From contig OZ024744.1 in assembly GCA_964016885.1 (NCBI GenBank), positions 13,268,001 through 13,332,000 on the forward strand: a stretch of 64,000 nucleotides of DNA, read 5' to 3'. Of this stretch, positions 39,871-54,000 are shown one piece after another. Under the pieces are notes generated by a model. The model made no database searches, was not told the origin of the DNA, and was given only the letters and a program-made list of their open reading frames with translations. Position 1 is the stretch's first letter; every line of letters starts with the position of its first letter. The DNA is from Eledone cirrhosa (Eukaryota). The translations under genes were made by a program, and so were the position numbers.

Positions 39871-41535
39871 TCTAAATTGAAAGATCACAACTCCAATACT
39901 ATGGACATGGGGTTTGAATGTCTCAGTAGAACAGAGAGTCTCTCTTGTTAAAGCTACTCTCTAAATTGAGAGATCACAACTCCATACTATGGACATGGGG
40001 TTTGAAAGTCTCAGTAGATTAGAGTGTCACTCCAGTTAAAGCCACTCTCTAAATTCAGAGATCACAACTCCAACACTATGGACATGGGGTTTGAATGTCT
40101 CAGTAGATCAGAGTGTCACTCCAGTTAAAGTTACTCTCTAAATTGAGAGATCACAACTCCAATACTATGGACATGTGGTTAGAACGTCTCAGTAGATCAG
40201 AGAGTCATTCCAGTTAAAGCCACTCTCTAAATTGAGAGATCACAACTCCAATACTATGGACATGTGGTTAGAATGTCTCAGTAGATCAGAAAATCACTCC
40301 AGTTAAAGCTACTCTCGAAATTGAGAGATCACATCTCCCATACTATGGACATGTGGTTAGAATGTCTCAGTAGATAAGAGGGTCATTCTTGTTAAATCTA
40401 CTCTCTAAATTGAGAGATCACAACTCCCATACTATGGACATGTGGTTACAATCTCCCAGTAGATCAGAGAGTCACTCCAGTTAAAGCCACTCTCTAAATT
40501 GAGAGATCACAACTCCAATACTATGGACATGGGGTTTGAATGTCTCACTAGATCAGAGAGTCACTCCAGTTAAAGCTACTCTCTAAATTGAGAGATCACA
40601 ACTCCAATACTATGGACATGTGGTTAGAATGTCTCAGTAGATCAGAGAATCACTCCAGTTAAAGCTACTCTCTAAATTGAGAGATCACATCTCCCATACT
40701 ATGGACATGTGGTTAGAATGTCTCAGTAGAACAGAGAGTCTCTCTTGTTAAAGCTACTCTCTAAATTGAGAGATCACAACTCCATACTATGGACATGGGG
40801 TTTGAAAGTCTCAGTAGATTAGAGTGTCACTCCAGTTAAAGCCACTCTCTAAATTCAGAGATCACAACTCCAACACTATGGACATGGGGTTTGAATGTCT
40901 CAGTAGATCAGAGTGTCACTCCAGTTAAAGTTACTCTCTAAATTGAGAGATCACAACTCCAATAATATGGACATGGGGTTTGAATGTCTCAGTAGATCAG
41001 AGAGTCACTCCAGTTGAAGCTACTCTCTAAATTGAGAGATCACAACTCCAATACTATGGACATGTGGTTAGAATGTCTCAGTAGATCAGGGAGTCATTCT
41101 TGTTAAATCTACTCTCTAAATTGAGAGATCACAACTCCCATACTATGGACATGTGGTTACAATCTCTCAGTAGATCAGAGAGTCATTCCAGTTAAAGCCA
41201 CTCTCTAAATTGAGAGATCACAACTCCCATACTATGGACGTGTGGTTAGAATGTCTCAGTAGATCAGAGAATCACTCCAGTTAAAGCTACTCTCTAAATT
41301 GAGAGACCACAACTCCCATACTATGGAAATGTGGTTAGAACGTCTCAGTAGATCAGAGAGTCACTCCAGTTAAAGCCACTCTCTAAATTCAGAGATCACA
41401 ACTCCAATACTATGGACATGTGGTTAGAATGTCTCAGTAGATCAGAAAGTCACTCCAGTTAAAGCTACACTCTAAATTGAGAGATCACAACTCCTATACT
41501 ATGGAAATGGGGTTAGAATGTCTCAGTAGATCACA

Positions 41536-44500
41536 GTGTCACTCCAGTTAAAGCCACTCTCTAAATTGAGGGATCACAACTCCCATACTATGGACATGTT
41601 GTTAGAATGTCTCAGTAGATCAGAGAGTCACTCCAGTTAAAGCCACTCTCTAAATTGAGAGATCACAACTCCAATACTATGGACATGTGGTTAGAATGTC
41701 TCAGTAGATCAGAGAGTCATTCCAGTTAAAGCCACTCTCTAAATTGAGAGATCACAACTCCCATACTATGGACGTGTGGTTAGAATGTCTCAGTAGATCA
41801 GAGAATCACTCCAGTTAAAGCTACTCTCTAAATTGAGAGATCACAACTCCCATACTATAGAGATGTGGTTAGAATGTCTCAGTAGATCAGAAAGTCACTC
41901 CAGTTAAAGCTACACTCTAAATTGAGAGATCACAACTCCAATACTATGGACATGGGGTTAGAATGTCTCAGTAGATCAGAGTGTCACTCCAGTTAAAGCC
42001 ACTCTCTAAATTGAGGGATCAGAACTCCCATACTATGGACATGTTGTTAGAATGTCTCAGTAGATCAGAGAGTCACTCTAGTTAAAGCCACTCTCTAAAT
42101 TGAGAGATCACAACCCCAATACTATGGACATTGGGTTTGAAAGTCTCAGTAGATTAGAGTGTCACTCCAGTTAAAGCTACTCTCTAAATTGAGAGATCAC
42201 AACTCCAATACTATGGACATGTGGTTAGAATGTCTCAGTAGATCAGAGTGTCACTCCAGTTAAAGCTACTCTCTAAATTGAGAGATCACAACTCCCATGC
42301 TATGGACATGTTGTTTAAATGTCTCAGTAGATCAGAGAGTCACTCCAGTTAAAGCTGCTCTCTAAATTGAGAGATCACAAATCCCATACTATGGACATGG
42401 GGTTTGAATGTCTCACTAGATCAGAGAGTCACTCCAGTTAAAGCTACTCTCTAAATTGAGAGATCACAACTCCAATACTATGGACATGTGGTTAGAATGT
42501 CTCAGTAGATCAGAGAATCACTCCAGTTAAAGCTACTCTCTAAATTAAGAGATCACATCTCCCATACTATGGACATGTGGTTAGAATATCTCAGTAGAAC
42601 AGAGAGTCTCTCTTGTTAAAGCTACTCTCTAAATTGAGAGATCACAACTCCCATACTATGGACATGTGGTTAGAATGACTCAGTAGATCAGAAAGTCACT
42701 CCAGTTAAAGCTACACTCTAAATTGAGAGATCACAACTCCAATACTATGGACATGGGGTTAGAATATCTCAGTAGATTAGAGTGTCACTCCAGTTAAAGC
42801 CACTCTCTAAATTGAGGGATCACAACTCCCATACGATGGACATGTTGTTAGAATGTCTCAGTAGATCAGAGAGTCACTCCAGTTACAGCCACTCTCTAAA
42901 TTGAGAGATCACAACTCCAATACTATGGACATGGGGTTTGAAAGTCTCAGTAGATTAGAGTGTCACTCCAGTTAAAGCCACTCTCTAAATTGAAAGATCA
43001 CAACTCCAATACTATGGACATGGGGTTTGAATGTCTCAGTAGAACAGAGAGTCTCTCTTGTTAAAGCTACTCTCTAAATTGAGAGATCACAACTCCATAC
43101 TATGGACATGGGGTTTGAAAGTCTCAGTAGATTAGAGTGTCACTCCAGTTAAAGCCACTCTCTAAATTCAGAGATCACAACTCCAACACTATGGACATGG
43201 GGTTTGAATGTCTCAGTAGATCAGAGTGTCACTCCAGTTAAAGTTACTCTCTAAATTGAGAGATCACAACTCCAATACTATGGACATGTGGTTAGAACGT
43301 CTCAGTAGATCAGAGAGTCATTCCAGTTAAAGCCACTCTCTAAATTGAGAGATCACAACTCCAATACTATGGACATGTGGTTAGAATGTCTCAGTAGATC
43401 AGAAAATCACTCCAGTTAAAGCTACTCTCGAAATTGAGAGATCACATCTCCCATACTATGGACATGTGGTTAGAATGTCTCAGTAGATAAGAGGGTCATT
43501 CTTGTTAAATCTACTCTCTAAATTGAGAGATCACAACTCCCATACTATGGACATGTGGTTACAATCTCTCAGGAGATCAGAGAGTCACTCCAGTTAAAGC
43601 CACTCTCTAAATTGAGAGATCACAACTCCAATACTATGGACATGGGGTTTGAATATCTCACTAGATCAGAGAGTCACTCCAGTTAAAGCTACTCTCTAAA
43701 TTGAGAGATCACAACTCCAATACTATGGACATGTGGTTAGAACGTCTCAGTAGATCAGAGAATCACTCCAGTTAAAGCTACTCTCTAAATTGAGAGATCA
43801 CATCTCCCATACTATGGACATGTGGTTAGAATGTCTCAGTAGAACAGAGAGTCTCTCTTGTTAAAGCTACTCTCTAAATTGAGAGATCACAACTCCATAC
43901 TATGGACATGGGGTTTGAAAGTCTCAGTAGATTAGAGTGTCACTCCAGTTAAAGCCACTCTCTAAATTCAGAGATCACAACTCCAACACTATGGACATGG
44001 GGTTTGAATGTCTCAGTAGATCAGAGAGTCACTCCAGTTGAAGCTACTCTCTAAATTGAGAGATCACAACTCCAATACTATGGACATGTGGTTAGAATGT
44101 CTCAGTAGATCAGGGAGTCATTCTTGTTAAATCTACTCTCTAAATTGAGAGATCACAACTCCCATACTATGGACATGTGGTTACAATCTCTCAGTAGATC
44201 AGAGAGTCATTCCAGTTAAAGCCACTCTCTAAATTGAGAGATCACAACTCCCATACTATGGACGTGTGGTTAGAATGTCTCAGTAGATCAGAGAATCACT
44301 CCAGTTAAAGCTACTCTCTAAATTGAGAGACCACAACTCCCATACTATGGAAATGTGGTTAGAACGTCTCAGTAGATCAGAGAGTCACTCCAGTTAAAGC
44401 CACTCTCTAAATTCAGAGATCACAACTCCAATACTATGGACATGTGGTTAGAATGTCTCAGTAGATCAGAAAGTCACTCCAGTTAAAGCTACACTCTAAA

Positions 44501-47500
44501 TTGAGAGATCACAACTCCTATACTATGGAAATGTGGTTAGAATGTCTCAATAGATCAGAGAATCACTCCAGTTAAAGCCACTCTCTAAATTGAGAGATCA
44601 CAACTCCAATACTATGGACATGTGGTTAGAATGTCTCAGTAGATCAGAAAGTCACTCCAGTTAAAGCTACACTCTAAAATGAGAGATCACAACTCCAATA
44701 CTATGGAAATGGGGTTAGAATGTCTCAGTATATCAGAGTGTCACTCCAGTTAAAGCCACTCTCTAAATTGAGGGATCACAACTCCCATACTATGGACATG
44801 TTGTTAGAATGTCTCAGTAGATCAGAGAGTCACTCCAGTTAAAGCCACTCTCTAAATTGAGAGATCACAACTCCAATACTATGGACATGTGGTTAGAATG
44901 TCTCAGTAGATCAGAGAGTCATTCCAGTTAAAGCCACTCTCTAAATTGAGAGATCACAACTCCCATACTATGGACGTGTGGTTAGAATGTCTCAGTAGAT
45001 CAGAGAATCACTCCAGTTAAAGCTACTCTCTAAATTGAGAGATCACAACTCCCATACTATAGAGATGTGGTTAGAATGTCTCAGTAGATCAGAAAGTCAC
45101 TCCAGTTAAAGCTACACTCTAAATTGAGAGATCACAACTCCAATACTATGGACATGGGGTTAGAATGTCTCAGTAGATCAGAGTGTCACTCCAGTTAAAG
45201 CCACTCTCTAAATTGAGGGATCAGAACTCCCATACTATGGACATGTTGTTAGAATGTCTCAGTAGATCAGAGAGTCACTCTAGTTAAAGCCACTCTCTAA
45301 ATTGAGAGATCACAACCCCAATACTATGGACATTGGGTTTGAAAGTCTCAGTAGATTAGAGTGTCACTCCAGTTAAAGCTACTCTCTAAATTGAGAGATC
45401 ACAACTCCAATACTATGGACATGTGGTTAGAATGTCTCAGTAGATCAGAGTGTCACTCCAGTTAAAGCTACTCTCTAAATTGAGAGATCACAACTCCCAT
45501 GCTATGGACATGTTGTTTAAATGTCTCAGTAGATCAGAGAGTCACTCCAGTTAAAGCTGCTCTCTAAATTGAGAGATCACAAATCCCATACTATGGACAT
45601 GGGGTTTGAATGTCTCACTAGATCAGAGAGTCACTCCAGTTAAAGCTACTCTCTAAATTGAGAGATCACAACTCCAATACTATGGACATGTGGTTAGAAT
45701 GTCTCAGTAGATCAGAGAATCACTCCAGTTAAAGCTACTCTCTAAATTAAGAGATCACATCTCCCATACTATGGACATGTGGTTAGAATATCTCAGTAGA
45801 ACAGAGAGTCTCTCTTGTTAAAGCTACTCTCTAAATTGAGAGATCACAACTCCCATACTATGGACATGTGGTTAGAATGTCTCAGTAGATCAGAAAGTCA
45901 CTCCAGTTAAAGCTACACTCTAAATTGAGAGATCACAACTCCAATACTATGGACATGGGGTTAGAATATCTCAGTAGATTAGAGTGTCACTCCAGTTAAA
46001 GCCACTCTCTAAATTGAGGGATCACAACTCCCATACGATGGACATGTTGTTAGAATGTCTCAGTAGATCAGAGAGTCACTCCAGTTACAGCCACTCTCTA
46101 AATTGAGAGATCACAACTCCAATACTATGGACATGGGGTTTGAAAGTCTCAGTAGATTAGAGTGTCACTCCAGTTAAAGCCACTCTCTAAATTGAAAGAT
46201 CACAACTCCAATACTATGGACATGGGGTTTGAATGTCTCAGTAGAACAGAGAGTCTCTCTTGTTAAAGCTACTCTCTAAATTGAGAGATCACAACTCCAT
46301 ACTATGGACATGGGGTTTGAAAGTCTCAGTAGATTAGAGTGTCACTCCAGTTAAAGCCACTCTCTAAATTCAGAGATCACAACTCCAACACTATGGACAT
46401 GGGGTTTGAATGTCTCAGTAGATCAGAGTGTCACTCCAGTTAAAGTTACTCTCTAAATTGAGAGATCACAACTCCAATACTATGGACATGTGGTTAGAAC
46501 GTCTCAGTAGATCAGAGAGTCATTCCAGTTAAAGCCACTCTCTAAATTGAGAGATCACAACTCCAATACTATGGACATGTGGTTAGAATGTCTCAGTAGA
46601 TCAGAAAATCACTCCAGTTAAAGCTACTCTCGAAATTGAGAGATCACATCTCCCATACTATGGACATGTGGTTAGAATGTCTCAGTAGATAAGAGGGTCA
46701 TTCTTGTTAAATCTACTCTCTAAATTGAGAGATCACAACTCCCATACTATGGACATGTGGTTACAATCTCTCAGGAGATCAGAGAGTCACTCCAGTTAAA
46801 GCCACTCTCTAAATTGAGAGATCACAACTCCAATACTATGGACATGGGGTTTGAATATCTCACTAGATCAGAGAGTCACTCCAGTTAAAGCTACTCTCTA
46901 AATTGAGAGATCACAACTCCAATACTATGGACATGTGGTTAGAACGTCTCAGTAGATCAGAGAATCACTCCAGTTAAAGCTACTCTCTAAATTGAGAGAT
47001 CACATCTCCCATACTATGGACATGTGGTTAGAATGTCTCAGTAGAACAGAGAGTCTCTCTTGTTAAAGCTACTCTCTAAATTGAGAGATCACAACTCCAT
47101 ACTATGGACATGGGGTTTGAAAGTCTCAGTAGATTAGAGTGTCACTCCAGTTAAAGCCACTCTCTAAATTCAGAGATCACAACTCCAACACTATGGACAT
47201 GGGGTTTGAATGTCTCAGTAGATCAGAGAGTCACTCCAGTTGAAGCTACTCTCTAAATTGAGAGATCACAACTCCAATACTATGGACATGTGGTTAGAAT
47301 GTCTCAGTAGATCAGGGAGTCATTCTTGTTAAATCTACTCTCTAAATTGAGAGATCACAACTCCCATACTATGGACATGTGGTTACAATCTCTCAGTAGA
47401 TCAGAGAGTCATTCCAGTTAAAGCCACTCTCTAAATTGAGAGATCACAACTCCCATACTATGGACGTGTGGTTAGAATGTCTCAGTAGATCAGAGAATCA

Positions 47501-48091
47501 CTCCAGTTAAAGCTACTCTCTAAATTGAGAGACCACAACTCCCATACTATGGAAATGTGGTTAGAACGTCTCAGTAGATCAGAGAGTCACTCCAGTTAAA
47601 GCCACTCTCTAAATTCAGAGATCACAACTCCAATACTATGGACATGTGGTTAGAATGTCTCAGTAGATCAGAAAGTCACTCCAGTTAAAGCTACACTCTA
47701 AATTGAGAGATCACAACTCCTATACTATGGAAATGTGGTTAGAATGTCTCAATAGATCAGAGAATCACTCCAGTTAAAGCCACTCTCTAAATTGAGAGAT
47801 CACAACTCCAATACTATGGACATGTGGTTAGAATGTCTCAGTAGATCAGAAAGTCACTCCAGTTAAAGCTACACTCTAAAATGAGAGATCACAACTCCAA
47901 TACTATGGAAATGGGGTTAGAATGTCTCAGTATATCAGAGTGTCACTCCAGTTAAAGCCACTCTCTAAATTGAGGGATCACAACTCCCATACTATGGACA
48001 TGTTGTTAGAATGTCTCAGTAGATCAGAGAGTCACTCCAGTTAAAGCCACTCTCTAAATTGAGAGATCACAACTCCAATACTATGGACATG
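41536..48091. repeat. Recent tandem duplication of a 36-monomer block (period 3202 bp)
   Basis: atagagatg 41857/45059, caaccccaat 42111/45313, gaaagatc 42992/46194, gataagagggtc 43486/46688. I noticed only one internal difference (gaatgactc near 42677). Confidence 0.92.
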
Positions 48092-51000
48092 GGGTTTGAA
48101 AGTCTCAGTAGATTAGAGTGTCACTCCAGTTAAAGCTACTCTCTAAATTGAGAGATCACAACTCCAATACTATGGACATGGGGTTTGAATGTCTCAGTAG
48201 ATCAGAGAGTCGCTTAAGTTAAAGCCACTCTCTAAATTGAGAGATCACAACTCCCATACTATGGACATGTGGTTAGAATGTCTCAGTAGATCAGCGTGTC
48301 ACTCCAGTTAAAGCTACTCTCTAAATTAAGAGATCACATCTCCCATACTATGGACATGTGGTTAGAATATCTCAGTAGAACAGAGAGTCTCTCTTGTTAA
48401 AGCTACTCTCTAAATTGAGAGATCACAACTCCCATACTATGGACATGTGGTTAGAATGTCTCAGTAGATCAGAAAGTCACTCCAGTTAAAGCTACACTCT
48501 AAATTGAGAGATCACAACTCCAATACTATGGACATGGGGTTAGAATATCTCAGTAGATCAGAGTGTCACTCCAGTTAAAGCCACTCTCTAAATTGAGGGA
48601 TCACAACTCCCATACGATGGACATGTTGTTAGAATGTCTCAGTAGATCAGAGAGTCACTCCAGTTACAGCCACTCTCTAAATTGAGAGATCACAACTCCA
48701 ATACTATGGACATGGGGTTTGAAAGTCTCAGTAGATTAGAGTGTCACTCCAGTTAAAGCCACTCTCTAAATTGAAAGATCACAACTCCAATACTATGGAC
48801 ATGGGGTTTGAATGTCTCAGTAGAACAGAGAGTCTCTCTTGTTAAAGCTACTCTCTAAATTGAGAGATCACAACTCCATACTATGGACATGGGGTTTGAA
48901 AGTCTCAGTAGATTAGAGTGTCACTCCAGTTAAAGCCACTCTCTAAATTCAGAGATCACAACTCCAACACTATGGACATGGGGTTTGAATGTCTCAGTAG
49001 ATCAGAGTGTCACTCCAGTTAAAGTTACTCTCTAAATTGAGAGATCACAACTCCAATACTATGGACATGTGGTTAGAACGTCTCAGTAGATCAGAGAGTC
49101 ATTCCAGTTAAAGCCACTCTCTAAATTGAGAGATCACAACTCCAATACTATGGACATGTGGTTAGAATGTCTCAGTAGATCAGAAAATCACTCCAGTTAA
49201 AGCTACTCTCGAAATTGAGAGATCACATCTCCCATACTATGGACATGTGGTTAGAATGTCTCAGTAGATAAGAGGGTCATTCTTGTTAAATCTACTCTCT
49301 AAATTGAGAGATCACAACTCCCATACTATGGACATGTGGTTACAATCTCTCAGGAGATCAGAGAGTCACTCCAGTTAAAGCCACTCTCTAAATTGAGAGA
49401 TCACAACTCCAATACTATGGACATGGGGTTTGAATATCTCACTAGATCAGAGAGTCACTCCAGTTAAAGCTACTCTCTAAATTGAGAGATCACAACTCCA
49501 ATACTATGGACATGTGGTTAGAACGTCTCAGTAGATCAGAGAATCACTCCAGTTAAAGCTACTCTCTAAATTGAGAGATCACATCTCCCATACTATGGAC
49601 ATGTGGTTAGAATGTCTCAGTAGAACAGAGAGTCTCTCTTGTTAAAGCTACTCTCTAAATTGAGAGATCACAACTCCATACTATGGACATGGGGTTTGAA
49701 AGTCTCAGTAGATTAGAGTGTCACTCCAGTTAAAGCCACTCTCTAAATTCAGAGATCACAACTCCAACACTATGGACATGGGGTTTGAATGTCTCAGTAG
49801 ATCAGAGTGTCACTCCAGTTAAAGTTACTCTCTAAATTGAGAGATCACAACTCCAATAATATGGACATGGGGTTTGAATGTCTCAGTAGATCAGAGAGTC
49901 ACTCCAGTTGAAGCTACTCTCTAAATTGAGAGATCACAACTCCAATACTATGGACATGTGGTTAGAATGTCTCAGTAGATCAGGGAGTCATTCTTGTTAA
50001 ATCTACTCTCTAAATTGAGAGATCACAACTCCCATACTATGGACATGTGGTTACAATCTCTCAGTAGATCAGAGAGTCATTCCAGTTAAAGCCACTCTCT
50101 AAATTGAGAGATCACAACTCCCATACTATGGACGTGTGGTTAGAATGTCTCAGTAGATCAGAGAATCACTCCAGTTAAAGCTACTCTCTAAATTGAGAGA
50201 CCACAACTCCCATACTATGGAAATGTGGTTAGAACGTCTCAGTAGATCAGAGAGTCACTCCAGTTAAAGCCACTCTCTAAATTCAGAGATCACAACTCCA
50301 ATACTATGGACATGTGGTTAGAATGTCTCAGTAGATCAGAAAGTCACTCCAGTTAAAGCTACACTCTAAATTGAGAGATCACAACTCCTATACTATGGAA
50401 ATGTGGTTAGAATGTCTCAATAGATCAGAGAGTCACTCCAGTTAAAGCCACTCTCTAAATTGAGAGATCACAACTCCAATACTATGGACATGTGGTTAGA
50501 ATGTCTCAGTAGATCAGAAAGTCACTCCAGTTAAAGCTACACTCTAAAATGAGAGATCACAACTCCAATACTATGGACATGGGGTTAGAATGTCTCAGTA
50601 GATCAGAGTGTCACTCCAGTTAAAGCCACTCTCTAAATTGAGGGATCACAACTCCCATACTATGGACATGTTGTTAGAATGTCTCAGTAGATCAGAGAGT
50701 CACTCCAGTTAAAGCCACTCTCTAAATTGAGAGATCACAACTCCAATACTATGGACATGGGGTTTGAAAGTCTCAGTAGATTAGAGTGTCACTCCAGTTA
50801 AAGCTACTCTCTAAATTGAGAGATCACAACTCCAATACTATGGACATGGGGTTTGAATGTCTCAGTAGATCATAGAGTCGCTTATGTTAAAGCCACTCTC
50901 TAAATTGAGAGATCACAACTCCCATACTATGGACATGTGGTTAGAATGTCTCAGTAGATCAGCGTGTCACTCCAGTTAAAGCTACTCTCTAAATTGAGAG

Positions 51001-54000
51001 ATCACATCTCCCATACTATGGATATGTGGTTAGAATGCCTCAGTAGATCAGAGAGTCACTCTTGTTAAAGCTACTCTCTAAATTGAGAGATCGCAACTCC
51101 CATACTATGGACATGGGGTTTGAATGTCTCACTAGATCAGAGAGTCACTCCAGTTAAAGCTGCTCTCTAAATTGAGAGATCGCAACTCCCATACTATGGA
51201 CATGGGGTTTGAATGTCTCACTAGATCAGAGAGTCACTCCAGTTAAAGCTACTCTCTAAATTGAGAGATCACAACTCCAATACTATGGACATGTGGTTAG
51301 AATGTCTCAGTAGATCAGAGAATCACTCCAGTTAAAGCTACTCTCTAAATTGAGAGATCACATCTCCCATACTATGGACATGTGGTTAGAATGTCTCAGT
51401 AGAACAGAGAGTCTCTCTTGTTAAAGCTACTCTCTAAATTGAGAGATCACAACTCCATACTATTGACATGGAGTTTGAAAGTCTCAGTAGATTAGAGTGT
51501 CACTCCAGTTAAAGCCACTCTCTAAATTCAGAGATCACAACTCCAACACTATGGACATGGGGTTTGAATGTCTCAGTAGATCAGAGTGTCACTCCAGTTA
51601 AAGTTACTCTCTAAATTGAGAGATCACAACTCCAATAATATGGACATGGGGTTTGAATGTCTCAGTAGATCAGAGAGTCACTCCAGTTAAAGCTACTCTC
51701 TAAATTGAGAGATCACAACTCCAATACTATGGACATGTGGTTAGAATGTCTCAGGAGATCAGGGAGTCATTCTTGTTAAATCTACTCTCTAAATTGAGAG
51801 ATCACAACTCCCATACTATGGACATGTGGTTACAATCTCTCAGTAGATCAGAGAGTCATTCCAGTTAAAGCCACTCTCTAAATTGAGAGATCACAACTCC
51901 CATACTATGGACGTGTGGTTAGAATGTCTCAGTAGATCAGAGAATCACTCCAGTTAAAGCTACTCTCTAAATTGAGAGATCACAACTCCCATACTATGGA
52001 AATGTGGTTAGAACGTCTCAGTAGATCAGAGAGTCACTCCAGTTAAAGCCACTCTCTAAATTGAGAGATCACAACTCCAATACTATGGACATGTGGTTAG
52101 AATGTCTCAGTAGATCAGAAAGTCACTCCAGTTAAAGCTACACTCTAAATTGAGAGATCACAACTCCTATACTATGGACATGGGGTTAGAATGTCTCAGT
52201 AGATCACAGTGTCACTCCAGTTAAAGCCACTCTCTAAATTGAGAGATCACAACTCCCATACTATGGACGTGTGGTTAGAATGTCTCAGTAGATCAGAGAA
52301 TCACTCCAGTTAAAGCTACTCTCTAAATTGAGAGATCACAACTCCAATACTATGGACATGGAGTTTGAATGTCTCAGTAGATCAGAGAATCACTCCAGTT
52401 AAAGCTGCTCTCTAAATTGAGAGATAACATCTCCCATACTATGGACATGTGGTTAGAATGTCTCAGTAGAACAGAGAGTCTCTCTTATTAAAGCTACTCT
52501 CTAAATTGAGAGATCACAACTCCATACTATGGACATGTGGTTAGAATCTCTCAGTAGATCAGAGAGTCATTCCAGTTAAAGCCACTCTCTAAATTGAGAG
52601 ATCACAACTCCAATACTATGGACATGTGGTTAGAATGTCTCAGTAGATCAGAAAGTCACTCCAGTTAAAGCTACACTCTAAAATGAGAGATCACAACTCC
52701 AATACTATGGAAATGGGGTTAGAATGTCTCAGTATATCAGAGTGTCACTCCAGTTAAAGCCACTCTCTAAATTGAGGGATCACAACTCCCATACTATGGA
52801 CATGTTGTTAGAATGTCTCAGTAGATCAGAGAGTCACTCCAGTTAAAGCCACTCTCTAAATTGAGAGATCACAACTCCAATACTATGGACATGGGGTTTG
52901 AAAGTCTCAGTAGATTAGAGTGTCACTCCAGTTAAAGCTACTCTCTAAATTGAGAGATCACAACTCCAATACTATGGACATGGGGTTTGAATGTCTCAGT
53001 AGATCAGAGAGTCGCTTAAGTTAAAGCCACTCTCTAAATTGAGAGATCACAACTCCCATACTATGGACATGTGGTTAGAATGTCTCAGTAGATCAGCGTG
53101 TCACTCCAGTTAAAGCTACTCTCTAAATTAAGAGATCACATCTCCCATACTATGGACATGTGGTTAGAATATCTCAGTAGAACAGAGAGTCTCTCTTGTT
53201 AAAGCTACTCTCTAAATTGAGAGATCACAACTCCCATACTATGGACATGTGGTTAGAATGTCTCAGTAGATCAGAAAGTCACTCCAGTTAAAGCTACACT
53301 CTAAATTGAGAGATCACAACTCCAATACTATGGACATGGGGTTAGAATATCTCAGTAGATCAGAGTGTCACTCCAGTTAAAGCCACTCTCTAAATTGAGG
53401 GATCACAACTCCCATACGATGGACATGTTGTTAGAATGTCTCAGTAGATCAGAGAGTCACTCCAGTTACAGCCACTCTCTAAATTGAGAGATCACAACTC
53501 CAATACTATGGACATGGGGTTTGAAAGTCTCAGTAGATTAGAGTGTCACTCCAGTTAAAGCCACTCTCTAAATTGAAAGATCACAACTCCAATACTATGG
53601 ACATGGGGTTTGAATGTCTCAGTAGAACAGAGAGTCTCTCTTGTTAAAGCTACTCTCTAAATTGAGAGATCACAACTCCATACTATGGACATGGGGTTTG
53701 AAAGTCTCAGTAGATTAGAGTGTCACTCCAGTTAAAGCCACTCTCTAAATTCAGAGATCACAACTCCAACACTATGGACATGGGGTTTGAATGTCTCAGT
53801 AGATCAGAGTGTCACTCCAGTTAAAGTTACTCTCTAAATTGAGAGATCACAACTCCAATACTATGGACATGTGGTTAGAACGTCTCAGTAGATCAGAGAG
53901 TCATTCCAGTTAAAGCCACTCTCTAAATTGAGAGATCACAACTCCAATACTATGGACATGTGGTTAGAATGTCTCAGTAGATCAGAAAATCACTCCAGTT

